The position numbers and the translations under genes are program-made. A DNA stretch of 64,000 nt from Octopus vulgaris (Eukaryota). Each line of letters opens with the position of its first letter. Position 1 is the stretch's first letter. Shown piece after piece: positions 38,821 through 52,309 of this stretch. Under the pieces are notes generated by a model. That model was not told the origin of the DNA and made no database searches. It saw nothing but the letters and a program-made list of their open reading frames with translations. The DNA is taken from assembly GCA_951406725.2 (NCBI GenBank), contig OX597818.1:38378001-38442000 (forward strand). Reading direction: 5' to 3'.

Positions 38821-39614
38821 CATTCTCGTTTATTGGCCACAAGGGCTAACAAAAATCAAAGAAAACATGTAACGACAAATACAGGACGAAAATTACAAAG
38901 GGTTTTGTCCGATAGAAAAGTCCGTGTAAAAATTCAGGATAACAACGAAAATATAAATAACAAGTAAAATAACAATAATAATAATGAATGAAAAACAACT
39001 TTTTTTTTTTTGCAGAAGAAGTGCTTTCTAAGGCAAAAAGCACAAGTTAATACGAAGGATAAATGGATCTAATAACTTTAAATTATTGTTTAAAGGCATC
39101 AATATTTATTGCAAATGATGAACAGAACCAACTTCTTACAATAATTGTTTAGTTCTATCATTCAGAAACGCAAGACCAAAAATTGATTAAATGTCTGTTT
39201 TCTATGTTGGCATGGGTTGGACAGTTTGACAATATCCGACAAGTCAGAGGAGCATGGTGTACTCCACAGCTGGATGTCCTTCCTAACACTAACACTTTAA
39301 AGAGTGTAAGGGGTACTTTTTCATGGCACCAGCACTAATGAAGCCACCTTGCAACTTGCAAAACTAAGGATCTAAAGGGACCCCTATAACCAACAAATAG
39401 TAGAGACAGGATGTGAAGATTCTAAATGAAGTAATGCAAGAGGGTACCATATAAAGGGAGGAACAGATTGATAGTTGTTAAAGAGTGATATTGGGGAGAG
39501 TAATAAAGTATACACTACTGGAAGAGGGAGTATGGAAAAGACAAGGGATAGGGTAGGGATTAGTGGCAGAGGTTAGTGAGAAAGAGAAGGACAGCATGCT
39601 AAGGGTCATGAGGT

Positions 39615-39895
39615 GAGTTGTTTTGAGGATGTTACATGGTAGTAAGACCCAGGTCCTGAATGCAGAAGATTTGCAAAGACTAGAATGAAATGTAGCCAGC
39701 ATGTTCCATGGGATGTGTAATATCAGTGTGCATGAATGATGCAACACAAATAACATGAGAGAGAAGCTGTATATAAGAGGAATTGGATGTAGTCTACAAG
39801 AGAGAAGACTGTGATGGTATGGACATGCAATGCATAAGAATGACAACAGCTGCATGAAAATGCAGTAAATGCTCAAAATGGATGGTAACTTCAAA
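39615..39895 (+). mobile_element. RTE LINE C-terminal fragment
   Basis: Homologous to 12570-12820. Confidence 0.75.
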
Positions 39896-40026
39896 ATGGG
39901 AAAAATAAATATTACCTCCCGGTATTAATACTGACTCTGTCACTAATATATGTTTTTTAACAAGCTCACTGACTAATCACAACACTAGTGCATTCTGGCA
40001 CTGTTTTCTTATATATCACTGGCAGA

Positions 40027-40140
40027 GAGATGAGTAGCTGCTATCTCTAGCAGTTGGGCGTCCACCATTGATGAGACCAAGAAAGGTCGAAATCATTTGT
40101 TTTGGTGGTCTCAGTGCTGGAGATGGCAGGTATTTATCTC
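40027..40140 (+). ncRNA. Hammerhead-like motif capping a long hairpin (stem III degenerate)
   Basis: CCACCA-UUGAUGA-GACC aagaaa GGUC-GAAA...UGGUGG; outer stem 40038-40052 pairs with 40115-40129. Confidence 0.55.
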
Positions 40141-41689
40141 CCCACTAGCAATATAAGCAAGAGTGCATTTGCACCAAAAGCCAATATGAGAGTTTCTCTC
40201 GTGGTATCTACCACAGTATAGTTTGTTCTAACAGAACATCCAGGTTTAAGTGGGGATAAATATTAACTCTGTAAAGTAGTCAGCATTAGGAAGGGCATTC
40301 AGCCATAGGGACCATGTCAAAGCAGACAACGGAACACAACACAGACCTTCAACCTGTTGAATCCTGCCAAATCATCCAACCCATCCAGAATGGAAGACAG
40401 ATGAAGATGATGATGATGGTATTTGTTTTAAACAAATAAAGAAACAAAAAGCTCTGTGTATGTGTAAGCGCACGTGCAATTGTAAACACCTTCAGCATGT
40501 ATCAGCATGTATAAAACAAAATGAAAGGCCTATTGAAAATATCAACAGATAAATAAACCTGCCTAATTTCCCATGCAGGTATGAAAAGAGTTTCCTTCAT
40601 AGTTGATACACACCTATATAGTTTTCCAGTGTAAAGGGCATAGCTAGGAATACAGCAGAGAGCACCAACCCAAGTTTTAACATCTCGCTATATTGATCCA
40701 TGGTTCTTATCAATTATCTTCTGTTCATAATGCCAATGGCTATAAATCCATGAAGCCTGCTCTCTCAATTCATATCGGTATTTTTACCACTTGAGTAATT
40801 TTTCTAATAAATTATCTTAATTAACAATCACTTCCATAATTTATCTTTAAAAATATCATTTCCGCTTCAACACTTCAATTCCCATAATTCTTTTGTTTCT
40901 TAAACAAACATGTTAGTCACATATCCAGCAAGTATCTTTTATCTTTTACTTGTTTCGGTCATTTGACTACGGCCATGCTGGAGCACCACCTTGAAGGGTT
41001 TTAGTCAAACAAACTGACCCTAGGACTGATTATTTTGAAGCTTAGTACTTATTCTATTGGTCTCTTTTGCTGAACCGCTAAGGTATGGGGATGTAAACAC
41101 ACCACCATCGGTTGTCAAGCAGTGTTAAGGAACAGAGACACGCACGCCTGCATGCACACACACACAAGGCTATGCTGATACAGCCATATAATGCATATGA
41201 ATGAAGACAGCTGCATCAGGCGGTGCTGATCTCAAATTGTAGAGGGAACATGTAGAAGGGATAGATTCAGGAAGATGTGGGGGGATGAAGTAGTGAGAAA
41301 GGATCTACAGACATTGGGACTCACAGAGGGGATGACAGGGGACTGAGGCTCTGGTCGGTTTGCTGTGCTGGAAAAAACATGTTAAGCTAAATAAAAGTGT
41401 CCTTGCATACAAGCTGTTCTCAGTATCCCTCTCCAGCTGACCATTCCTAACCTTGTGGGCTCTGGATGCTGGTGCCGGTGATGCATAAAAGCACACAGTA
41501 CACTTTGTAAAGTGATTGGCATTAGGAAGGACATCCAGCCATAGAAACCATGCTAAAACAGACATGGAGCCTGGGCAGCTCTTCAGCTGACCAGCTCCTG
41601 TCAAACTTTCCAACTCATGCCAGCATGGGAAATGGATGTTAAATGATGATGATGATGATGGTATATATTATATATATATATACCAAATT

Positions 41690-42803
41690 TCTCCCCAGAC
41701 AATCACAGAATAGCTGTCTTGTTTCATTGTTGGCAGCAATCTTTTCATGTCAAATTCTTGATCACAGCGTCTCCAGACTCACACTTGACCACTGTCAGAA
41801 ATTACAGCAAATCTGGACTCATCAGAGAATATAACAGTGTCCCAAAATGCTAGTGGCCACTCCATCATCTTAGTGGTCCAATCTTTTGTCCACTTGATAT
41901 TGGCTGGATGAAGAAAAGGCTTCCTTCTTGCTGCTCTGCTATCGTAGTCAAGTTTGTGGAGATACCTGACAGCTGTTCTGAGACTGACATCAACTTGTTC
42001 TGTGATATCAGAGGCCTTGCAATGATGATTATCCTCTACACTTCACTTAACAAGGTAAAGGGTCCTGGTCAACCTGGATAAGGTGATGTGGACTCCTTCC
42101 CCTCTCTGGTGAGTTGCACAATCACCCTATTAACTGTAGAAAACAGGATCCCAAGGTTTTAAGCAATTTTACATTAAGTCCACCTTCAGATTGACCCACA
42201 ATACGGCCTCTTTGAAATTTGGACAGTTCCGAGGCTTCATTTGCATGTGGCATGATTAAACAGTCATATACAGAAACTGAAACATAAAAATGGGATCTTT
42301 TCGGCTTGAACGGCAGTTTTTTCTAGTAGTGTCATATGAAATTGTCACCCATAATTATGACCCTAGTATCAATCTATTGCATTTCAATCTGTTTTAGGGT
42401 TAGGGTTAGGGGTGGGGGGAAGGGTATCTTTTTTTTCTTCACAAATGTAAATAAACCCAATCTGTTTCTTAAACAAGGGACATATTCATACTGCACAGAA
42501 TGTTTTTTTTTACCTCAATAGACGTCAGTGGTTGGTTGAAATTGCAGAAATTGAAGAAAAAAAAAACATATCTTATAAACTATAGAATTTTCTCAATAAA
42601 GTTAAGAGAAAAGGATGTTTTATAAGCACATTCTACCAGTATACGAAGTTCAAAAATTTTTAGTTACCTAGAAATTATGTTAAAAACTGCCATTCAAACC
42701 GAAAAGATCCTAAAAATGTCCATTAATAAAAATATAAACCATTTTAAAATAAACACAAAACGATATTTTATGGGGTGTCTATTTACTTCTGTCATGTCTG
42801 TGT
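41690..42803 (-). mobile_element. Tc1-family DNA transposon relic (truncated)
   Basis: Minus frames give WPLAFWDTVIFSDESRF and SVIVWG, upstream HTH remnants (QRGRIVG, STVNRVI); TA-CAC terminus near 42803. Confidence 0.85.
42293..42710. mobile_element. MITE with ~28-bp TIRs and 8-bp TSD (Merlin-like), nested in the Tc1 relic
   Basis: GGATCTTTTCGGCTTGAACGGCAGTTTTT / AAAAACTGCCATTCAAACCGAAAAGATCC; TSD TAAAAATG; internal (TTAGGG)3. Confidence 0.85.
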
Positions 42804-43529
42804 AGAAGTTTACAAAGATACTGCTATGACACTTTCATATATTATTTGATAAATTATCTTGGTTATCATATATCCTACCTCACTAGATATTTTGAGATTC
42901 TCTACAACTATCTCTGGTGGAGCACAGCTTTCTCTACATTCATGTCCTTAATCACTTTATCTACCAAGCTGCAGATGACTTGAAATACTGATCCCTCTGT
43001 AGAGTCAGCATAAGGTAGCCCCCTTTTATCCCATGCATTCCCCATGCTCAACAGCGTCTCATAATAGCACTTTCGTTAACTATAGAACTATGAAAAGTCA
43101 GTAACTACAGCATAAGTCAGATCACTGCACTGACATGTTTTTCTCACCAATCTAATTTTTCTATTTCATTTTTGTTTTCATTGGCTCCCTGTATACGTTC
43201 GCACTAAGTTAACTATTATTCTTTTTTATGTGGATGTCTTTTATGAGTAATTTATTTCCTGAACATTTCTTTATTTTGGTACCAACATTCTCGTACATTT
43301 ACTTGGTAATTCTCTCATTACTACTTCACATATTGTGAAGTCTATACGTTGCTGAGAAGGCATACGTCTAAAACATATTTAGAGCCTATTTTCCATACTG
43401 GCTGAAAGAATTAAAATGTTATCATTCAATGATTTATATTGCTTTTGTATTTTTTGATATACTTACAGCATAAATATTTCTAGTTATTTTTTTATGACTC
43501 TGCATAAAAAAATATAAACACTCTTTTCT

Positions 43530-43759
43530 CTTTTACTCTTTTACTTGTTTCAGTCATTTGACTGTGGCCATGCTGAAGCACCACCTTTAGTCGAGCAAAT
43601 CGACCCCCAGGACTTATTCTTTGTAAGCCTAGTACTTATTCTGTCGGTCTCTCAAGCCGAACCACTAAGTTACGGGGACATAAACACACTATCATCGGTT
43701 GTCAAGCAATGTTGAGGGGGGGGACAAACACAGACACACAAACATATTCACACACACAT

Positions 43760-43798
<39 letters not shown>

Positions 43799-43965
43799 TA
43801 CGACGGGCTTCTTTCAGTTTCTGTCAACCAAATCCACTCACAAGGCTTTGGTCGGCCTGAGGCTATACTAGAAGACACTTGCCCAAGGTGCCACGCAGTG
43901 GGACTGAACCCGGAGCCATGTGGTTGGTAAGCAAGCTACTTACCACACAGCCACTCCTACGCCTA
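43530..43965 (-). mobile_element. Full-length tRNA-derived SINE family D (other copies ~30105-30455, 35525-35730, 35870-36190, 40935-41165, 52530-52675, 62320-62724)
   Basis: A box TGGCTGTGTGG, B-box-like GGTTCAGTCCC, CORE-like accttgggcaagtgtctt, internal (TA)/(TG) tract. Confidence 0.88.
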
Positions 43966-45264
43966 CACTAGTTTAATTATTTAATGAAACTTTTTTTTTA
44001 ACCCGTCACTGTAATAGTACATATAACAGTTAGAGACTAAAATATTCCTGACAGTTGACCTATTTATTAATAGCTACCTAATTCTTTAAGGGGGCTGGAA
44101 GTAGGTGTTTTGTGATAGTGACTTTCAAAGAAGGTCACAGTATAAGAAGAAGCTACAACTATAAATCAAACCTACATTTCAGCCCACCTCCACCAGGAAC
44201 ATATTTCCCACACTACCAGCACTCACTGTACTATATTAGCAATATGTTAACCTGGACTTATCTCTATGTGCTTGATCAAGGCATTGCTTATTTTATACGA
44301 GGTGGGGGTCATCATATATCAGGCTGTGCTTTGTCTTATGTTGTCTTGTTGTATATAGTAAACCAACTGTTACGTGATGGCGTATGGCTCAGTGGTTAGA
44401 GCACTGGGCTCACAATCATGAGGTAATGAGTTCGATTCCAGACTAGGCAGTGGGTTGTGTTCTTGAGCAAGACACTTTATTTCATGTTGCTCCAGTTCAC
44501 TCAGCTGTAGAAATGAGTTGTGACATCGTTGGTACCAAGTTGCATCAGCCTTTGCCCTTTTTTTTTTCTTTTTTAGATAACATCAGTGGCATGGAGAGGG
44601 AGGCTGGTATGCATGCATGATTGCAGGTCTTCCATAAACAAACATGCCTGGACCTGTACCTTGGAGAGGAATTTTCTAGGTGCAATTCCACGGTCATTCA
44701 TGGCTGAAGGGAGTCTTTACCTTTTAAGCCAAGCAAGCACATAAAAAGTCCTCTGTTTGTGGGAGTGTGGAAGGAATAGACACAGAACACTGCTCAGGGT
44801 TTCAACATTGCTTGCTCTATTGCAAGCATTTTGATCAGGTTCCCAGCTGAAACCTATTGCTATCATGACCTTGTGGTGCAGCAACACTCTCTTCACGGCC
44901 CTTGGCATTGAAAAATAACACCAAACCAGCTAGATAATTCACCATCTTTTTCAATATCCACAGACTGCTGGTGTCACCTAGTACACTCTATAAAGTGGTT
45001 GGCACTAGGAAGGACATTAAGCAATAGAAACTATGCCAAAGCAGACAGTAGAGCTTGGTGCAATGTTAACTTTCCAGTGCCTGTCAAAGTATCTAACTCA
45101 TATCAGCATTGAAAACGACATTAAATGATGATGATTATGTTGAGACTAATTCCATACATCACCTCTTGCTAACATGCAAACCATATCTCATATTTTTCTC
45201 CAACATACAAATTTCATGCCCATTATCTACTGTTCATTTCTAATGTCAAAGCAACATACACTAT

Positions 45265-45700
45265 ACAGGATGTGATGGATAAATTGCCATCATTTTATAT
45301 TTTTTATTTTGCACATTGTTTGTTTTTGACTTTGTCAACTATATAGTATTGTAGGGACAGTTGGGCACCATCTGTGAGAAAAACAGCACCATGATGTAAT
45401 TCACTACCAGAAATTTGGAAACAACATGACGTACTGCTTGGCATTCATGCCGGAAGCTCCAATACAAACATTTCAGAATATTTGGGTGTCAATCTTAGGA
45501 TATGTATCGAGAGTGATAAAAATCAAACATCCAGTCAACATCATGGTGTCTGGAGTGATCATTAGTGATGGTGACATTATGCCTCCATTCATCTTCCCAC
45601 GCAGCCTCAGACTCAACACGGAGGCCTACATCAAGTACCTGGAGGAGGTAGTACTACCTTGGATCAAGAGGGTGGCTACTGGAAGACCCTACTCATTCTA
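45265..45700 (+). mobile_element. Tc1/mariner (maT-like) transposon fragment
   Basis: TA-CAGGATGTG terminus; KHPVNIMVSGVIISDGDIMPPFIF...LNTEAYIKYLEEVVLPW. Confidence 0.8.
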
Positions 45701-45903
45701 TACTTATGTCAGTGAAGGAACTGAATCTTTTACAATTCTCAACACTATTACTCAATTAGTTTTATCCCCTCCACACATCCCTGACTGATATACGGAATAC
45801 ACCACACACCTTTCATTTCTTACCTCCATACCCTGTCTCTAACAAACCATTACAATCTCTGCACCACACACACAGCATGGAAAGCGGACATTAAATGATG
45901 ATG

Positions 45904-45938
<35 letters not shown>

Positions 45939-46472
45939 TGTGTATGTTTGAATGTATATATGTATGTATATTTGTTGCTTAAATGGAAAGAATATTTTTT
46001 GCTGTATCGTCACAAACACTTTTGAATGCAAATATGCATTTCCTAATCTCTCGTTACTCACCAATAAAGTTTTATACTTTGTTTTTCACTTACTAAATAA
46101 CTTTGACATGTAGCTCTCAACTGCCTAAATTATGATTTATTATAATGGCAGGTATTAATACAGCTGAAATAAATTGCTGACATGAAGCTGACTCAGGTCA
46201 CATCTGTTACTTTTAGTTCTTGCCATGTCTTTAATCGTGATTTATTTGTTTGTTCTGAAGGTAGGGGTTGTGACTTAGATCATTACAGGTACTGTCCTTA
46301 GACTGGTGAGTAACACAGTCAGTGTTCCTTTTGATGGCTGTAGGAAAATATATCTGCAAAGAGAAAATTCTAGAGGGCAGGTATCATGTGTGTGTGTGTG
46401 TGTGTGTGTGCGTGCGTTGTAACGATGAATAAATAATGTCAATAAATTTAAATTTTCCAACTTCCTCTTTTG

Positions 46473-46504
<32 letters not shown>

Positions 46505-46505
46505 A

Positions 46506-46875
46506 TCTCTCTATATAAACGGCAGTTTGTCTGTCTGCGTGTCTGTGTGTCTGTTAGGTTGTACCCTCACCCTGACCACGGCTTTCAACCGATTCTGATG
46601 AAACTTGACACACACATAGCCCAATGTCCTAATTCAAAACTAACGTAGCGAAAATTTTGAAAAGTTCCCCCAGTTCTGAAAAAAATCGATAAATTCGACA
46701 TGGGGTCGAGAATCAGAAACACAAACCACAGACTGTCTAGGGGACGCAACTCGACCTTTTTAACTCTCAAAAAAATTTACCATCATTTTTTTCCCATTTT
46801 TTGGCTATAACTCTCTAAAACTGCTTTATAGTTATTTCCCTTACAAACCCGAGCAACGCCGGGCGATACTGCTAG
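46506..46875 (+). mobile_element. Non-autonomous Helitron
   Basis: 5' A/TC..CTATATAAA, (CTGT)n tract, subterminal hairpin CCCGagcaacgcCGGG, 3' CTAG/T. Confidence 0.82.
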
Positions 46876-47599
46876 TATATATATAAATATATATATTAAA
46901 TGATTGATATGGAATATGGGATGTAACTAGAAGCTTTATTAACACAATTGTTTTGGCTTCGTTTTGCACTGCTTCCGAGTGGGTATGGAATGATGTAATG
47001 ACATCAGATGCAACACACAGTGCAAGGAGCCTCATCATGCATCAAAAGTTCAAAAGATTTACGTTTTGTTTTCGCTCAAAGATTATATGCAGGTAGTGAG
47101 TTGCTAGCAGTTCAGTCACATTTTGGTTAAGTATGAGAGTTGTGCTCACGAAGTTGTTGATAAAAAAGTAGAGAAAATTAAAAAAATTAAGGATCTAAAG
47201 TAAACAGGGGGTGGGGTGTTTATAGTTGCGGTTAAGAAGTGGTCGCTAAAAAAAAATGATAAAAAAAATACAAAAAATGTAATGTAAATGGTGTGGGGTT
47301 ATGGCATTGAATGTGCTCCACAGGCACGCTCCCAGGGACTTACCCGAAACAAGGTTTTGGATACTGTATTTAATGCCTTCTTTTTCAATCTTAATTTTGA
47401 ATTTAACTTATATATATACAAACATACATTATGTGCGACAGAAGCAGTATTAGTTTGAAATAGCAACCTGTGTATCATACTTACAGTAGATAGTATCTCT
47501 AATAGACATAGAGTGTTAAACACAAAAATATATCAGTAGCACTTAGTTTTTATTTCTTTTAGATTTAATCAATTAGAAATAATTAATGGAGCCAGACAA

Positions 47600-48640
47600 A
47601 GCTTTGAACAAAGGAAATTTATTCTAATGCACAACTGAATGTTTCTAAACACAATCAAAGTGCAAAAGACAGTTTAGGAAGAAGTTTCAAACAGATCCAC
47701 CTATGTGACTTACCATCACTTGAATTACAGATAAGACTGAAGCAGAAGGAACTGTTCAAAATGTCCACAAGAAATGTTTAAGAAAATCATGGACATCAAT
47801 GAGTCCCACAAAGCATGAACAGGTACTGGAAACCTACTGTGGGAGTTTGATAAAATCTGTGTAGCAAGTAAGTCATGAGATGTGAATTTCAACATTAAGC
47901 ATTCACTGCACTGAAGTGCTATCATTGGAAAAGTTACATTCCAAGTATAATCCATGCTCTCAATGAAGATGATCTGCAATCATTTAAATTCGGCTGGTTC
48001 ATTTGCAATCATTTGGTAAGATGTATAGAAGATGCACACTTTCCAAAATTACTTGGAATGATAATGCCACATTTAAATTACATGACTCAATTAAATTCCA
48101 CAATTGCATTGACTGGGGACCTGAAAATTTACATATTACAGGGAGGGACATCATGTTAATTTACCACCAGTTGCAGAATGGTGAGGTTTATCACGCAAAA
48201 GATTAACTGGGTCATCTTTTAACAATACTGACAAGTCTTGTTTATTTGAACTTGCTGTCATGTCAATCATTCAAAAGAATTTGAAGGAGTGGAGTTTATT
48301 TACAGTAACATGGAGTACTCCCACACTACTTTAGTAATGTAAACCCATACCTATCAAAGTATATATCAGAGATTTAGTCAAAACAAGTGAATAGAACAGA
48401 GAGGTTCAGTAAAATATCCTCCGCGTTCATCGAACAGAACATTACTAGGTTTTTTTTTTGTTATAAAGATACCTAAAAGATAAAGTTTACAGTATAAATC
48501 CGGCAGCCGATGAATGAGAATGTGCACAAATAGCAAACGAGATGTTTCTAGATGTTTGCAATTCCATTGTATCGCGCTTTCAGCAGTGCCTGGACCAAAA
48601 CGGTCGTCGGTTTGAAAAAGCGTTCATAAACGAATTAAAG
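47600..48640 (+). mobile_element. Degenerate Tc1/mariner-superfamily transposase
   Basis: W.D.ATFKL....HNC..W..EN.H, YPPRS......FF...YLKDKVY and RFQQCLDQNGRRFE remnants. Confidence 0.8.
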
Positions 48641-50833
48641 GAACTCGTCTACTGCAGACTAGATCGGAATTAAATTCGGCCGGTTCATTCTATTAAATAT
48701 TGGTTTCAAAATTTAGTACAAGGCCAGTAATTTCGGGGCCATTCGATTACACTGACTCCAGTGCCCAACTGGTACTTATTTTATCGACCCGAAAGGACGA
48801 AAGGGTAGAGTCAATCTCAGCGGAATTTGAATTCAGAACATGAAGAGGGATGAAATGCCGCTAAGTATTTCGTCCCACACGCTAACGATTCTGCCAGCTC
48901 ACCGCCTTGTAGTCTATTAAAAGTTGAAAATGAAATTTATTTTAATAAACACTGACTTTATAATCATTCAATGCGTGTAATTTGGGGGATATATATAATT
49001 CTAAGTAAAAATTCACTGCACCTCAAATATGACAAAGTGTCCCAGTAACCAACTGCACCTAAGTGTAAAATTTGTCAAATTATATCGTATTATAAAACGT
49101 GTCTAATTATTCAAGACATGAGTATGTAGTGGATCTCGCATGCATGAAGTGGATTCGATCCACCATATCCAAATTTAAATTAACACTGAAACAGAACTTT
49201 TCCCACGGTGGAACAATGGGTTTTTCTCTGACAGCAGTTTTACATTTTCCAGATGCCTTTAGCTAGGCCGAAATAATGTCTTCACCACTTGACCCTCTTA
49301 ACCTCTTCTACTTCCCTACGACTCTCACTAGCTCTAATTCTGTTCTCTTACAACATCATTCTATCTCTCTCTGTTAACCACTTACTATAAGCAACGAAGA
49401 GAACCCAAACAAACTTAACTTTGTATGCTTTTGTATTTATCATAACCTGCCTGACGAGGCAAGGTATTGTAACGTAACTGTAAATAAATACTTTCTTAAA
49501 ACTTCATGCATTGTTCATCTTTCACATTCTACAATATGCTGTTATAACAAATTTTTATCGTTACAACTGCTGACTCGAGACATATCATAATATTGTGTAC
49601 CTAATATTATTTACTGTTACAAGTATCACAACTTTATTTCATTTATGGTTGCCTAAAGATTTGAGGTCCTGAATTTGCATGAAAGAACTAGTGTGAATGG
49701 AGAGGGCTACACTTGTTGCATAACATTTTATTTACTAAATTGGAACGACTGAAAATGGAAAAGTTAATAACTTTGGTCATTATAAGATCTCGATTAAAAA
49801 AACATTTTTTGAAGTCAATGTCTACAGTTTCTTGATACCATTCCCTAAATCCCATCAGATTTTAATAAATAAATAAATAAGTGGAATAACTTTCGTTCCG
49901 TTTATTAACTTTATTGGTACGGCAATTAAATACAAACTTCAAACGGAAAACAACATATGGACTCTTAATCTAAGCTGGTGGTGGACATGGTTACACAAAC
50001 AAAATGCCTTTCGAGGGACCATTCGAGTTTTTGATTTTTAATTTTTAATTCCATCGTAGTCGACTAATGAAACTTGGAATTCCAAAGAAGTTGATAAAAC
50101 CAGTACTAGTAACGAGTGCTTGGTTATAATCTAGTTACAAGAAAATCATATGGAAAGGGCGATTTTCGCTTAAAACAAATTTTTCGAATGCCTTCTAGCA
50201 TTGAAAATGACATTCAAGTTTTTTAAGAAGTTCTTTACATTAGTTATTAAGCTTAATGCTTACATTAACCGTTATTAATTTTATTAATTAAAAAATATAA
50301 TTAATTTCAGAAAATAATGTAAACAACACGCTGTGAACAAGAGTTATAAAATAAATAAAAATAAAAAAGACAAACAAGAATTCCTCCCAACTGTTGCCCT
50401 TGTTAATTCCCCCAATCAGATTACAAATAAGTACCAAAAGTTTTGTTGAGCGATAAGAAAATTCGCAACTCAATATCTTGTTTTTTTTTCGATGCTTTAC
50501 TTTGGTACTTGAAATCATTAAGATGTGAAATAACGTATATGCATGTATATAAACACAAACATGTATAGAAATAAACAATACGTAGAAATATAGAGGTGGT
50601 AATGTGTGCTTGTGTGTGTGTGCATACACACACACACACATATATATATGAAGAAAAAGCGATATACACATATGTATGTGTAAAATCACAATTGTATTTG
50701 GTTCTTATTTGGTGAAAACAAAATAAATACTCAACTAATTTCAATAAATTTATTTGATGCTGTAAAATAAAAATTAAATTAAATTTAAAAAACTAAACTG
50801 TAACGACCAGCAGATTATATATATATATGTGTC

Positions 50834-50868
<35 letters not shown>

Positions 50869-50934
50869 ATATATATTTGCATGCATGCATGTATGTATGT
50901 ATGTATATATATATCGAAATAGAGTAGTATTTAC

Positions 50935-51034
50935 CGTGCAAGGTGTACCAAAGAAGCTGTCGCCAACGGCTAACGCCATCGTAGCAACAGCAACTAGGAT
51001 TCATCTGAGAATTATTTTTTTCATTCGACTTCAT
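50935..51034 (-). CDS. CWH43: CWH43/PGAP2-interacting protein, coding exon 1 (MKSNEKNNSQMNPSCCCYDGVSRWRQLLWYTLH-G)
   Basis: ATG at 51034 (a second in-frame ATG lies 10 codons downstream); phase-1 GTAAAT donor matches the exon 2 acceptor; RWRQLLWYTLHG resembles the vertebrate CWH43 N-terminus as I recall it (LWREILLESLLG). Confidence 0.75.
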
Positions 51035-52309
51035 CACAAGTTGGGAGAAAGTGAGACTATCTTTTCCAATATAAAATAATAACTTTTTTTTTTTGTCTGA
51101 AGGAAAGGGACGGCAAATCCAACCTGTAGCTATGGCTAATTTCTTGGTTAAAATATAAACAATTTTTTTTTTTTTTCCTTTTCCACTTCATATATGCAAC
51201 AGCAGTTTCTGTTTTAAATCACTTCTTCTATTATACATCTCTTAGTGTGTGTGTGTTTTTTTTCTTTTTATTACTTTGTTGGAAAGAAAGATGTAACACC
51301 ATTTTGATGTCATAGCAGCTCGAGTTATTTACATCGTTGCTACGAGCGTAATGCAGCGGCTGCTGCTGTTTTGATTCTGTACGGTGCACTGCTATCACGT
51401 GACTCGCACGCTCAAAAGTGATTTCCCTGGTATTACCTTTTCCACTACACTATTCGCGTTAATGTACATGGGTGCCCATAAAATAGAAGCGCGTGGGAAA
51501 GGGTTGTGGGAGAAGAGAAACTGTAATAAATCGAATGGTGTGAACAAAAATAATAAATCCATCTAACTGTGAGAAAGAGCAGTTACAACTCTCTCAATTT
51601 CACCTGCCGTTTTTTAAAATAAAACCATATTATGGCTAGCCCGTCTTTGATACATTGGCTTACTCAATTAAGGCTCACCTAGGATTAAACAACAGTAATC
51701 ATCAAAATATTATTAAAACCCATGACTCGAAACATCCATGAATTCATCAGCAAATTAACATTTTTATTCAATCAAATGATTTTTCCCTTGCATTTATATT
51801 TGAACAAGGCATGGGTTTAACTATATTAACGAAGGAACTTCTACGCAATCGCAGACAAAGCACCCACGAATTATACATTATCGTCTTAAAACAAGACAGA
51901 TGAATGAGGCAGGATGAATAATAATAATAATAAATGCCCTGATGCAGTAACAGACAGTGGCTCACATGGCTTCTGATCTTAACTGATTAGAAATGTTATC
52001 ATGTACATTGTTTTGTGTTGGTATAAAAGATGGGCTACAGCAAATATTCTGCTCAATAACACACATTTGCTTTTCAGTTGTTTGACTTTAACCAGTTGAG
52101 CACGTCCCTTGGTGGTTGTCGATATGTGCATCTCTCATCACGAGCAGAAGTAGTGAGGGAGCATCATAGCCATGTGTTGAGAGAAATTCTTTGGGCTTTG
52201 GATAATTCATCTTTGGAAACATGGGTGTTTTGTTCAACATCCTTAAACAATCCTTATTCAGGGACCTTTTGAGCGGGATGGGCTACTCGACCCGAAATAA
52301 ATCTTACTA

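Noticed and set aside
38660-38967. Poly-Y, poly-L and poly-I ORFs
   Set aside because: Intronic (TAA)n microsatellite; only 38432-38744 is exonic
43352-43385. CUGAGAA-GGC..GUC-AAAAC hammerhead-like string
   Set aside because: Several core changes and no convincing stem I
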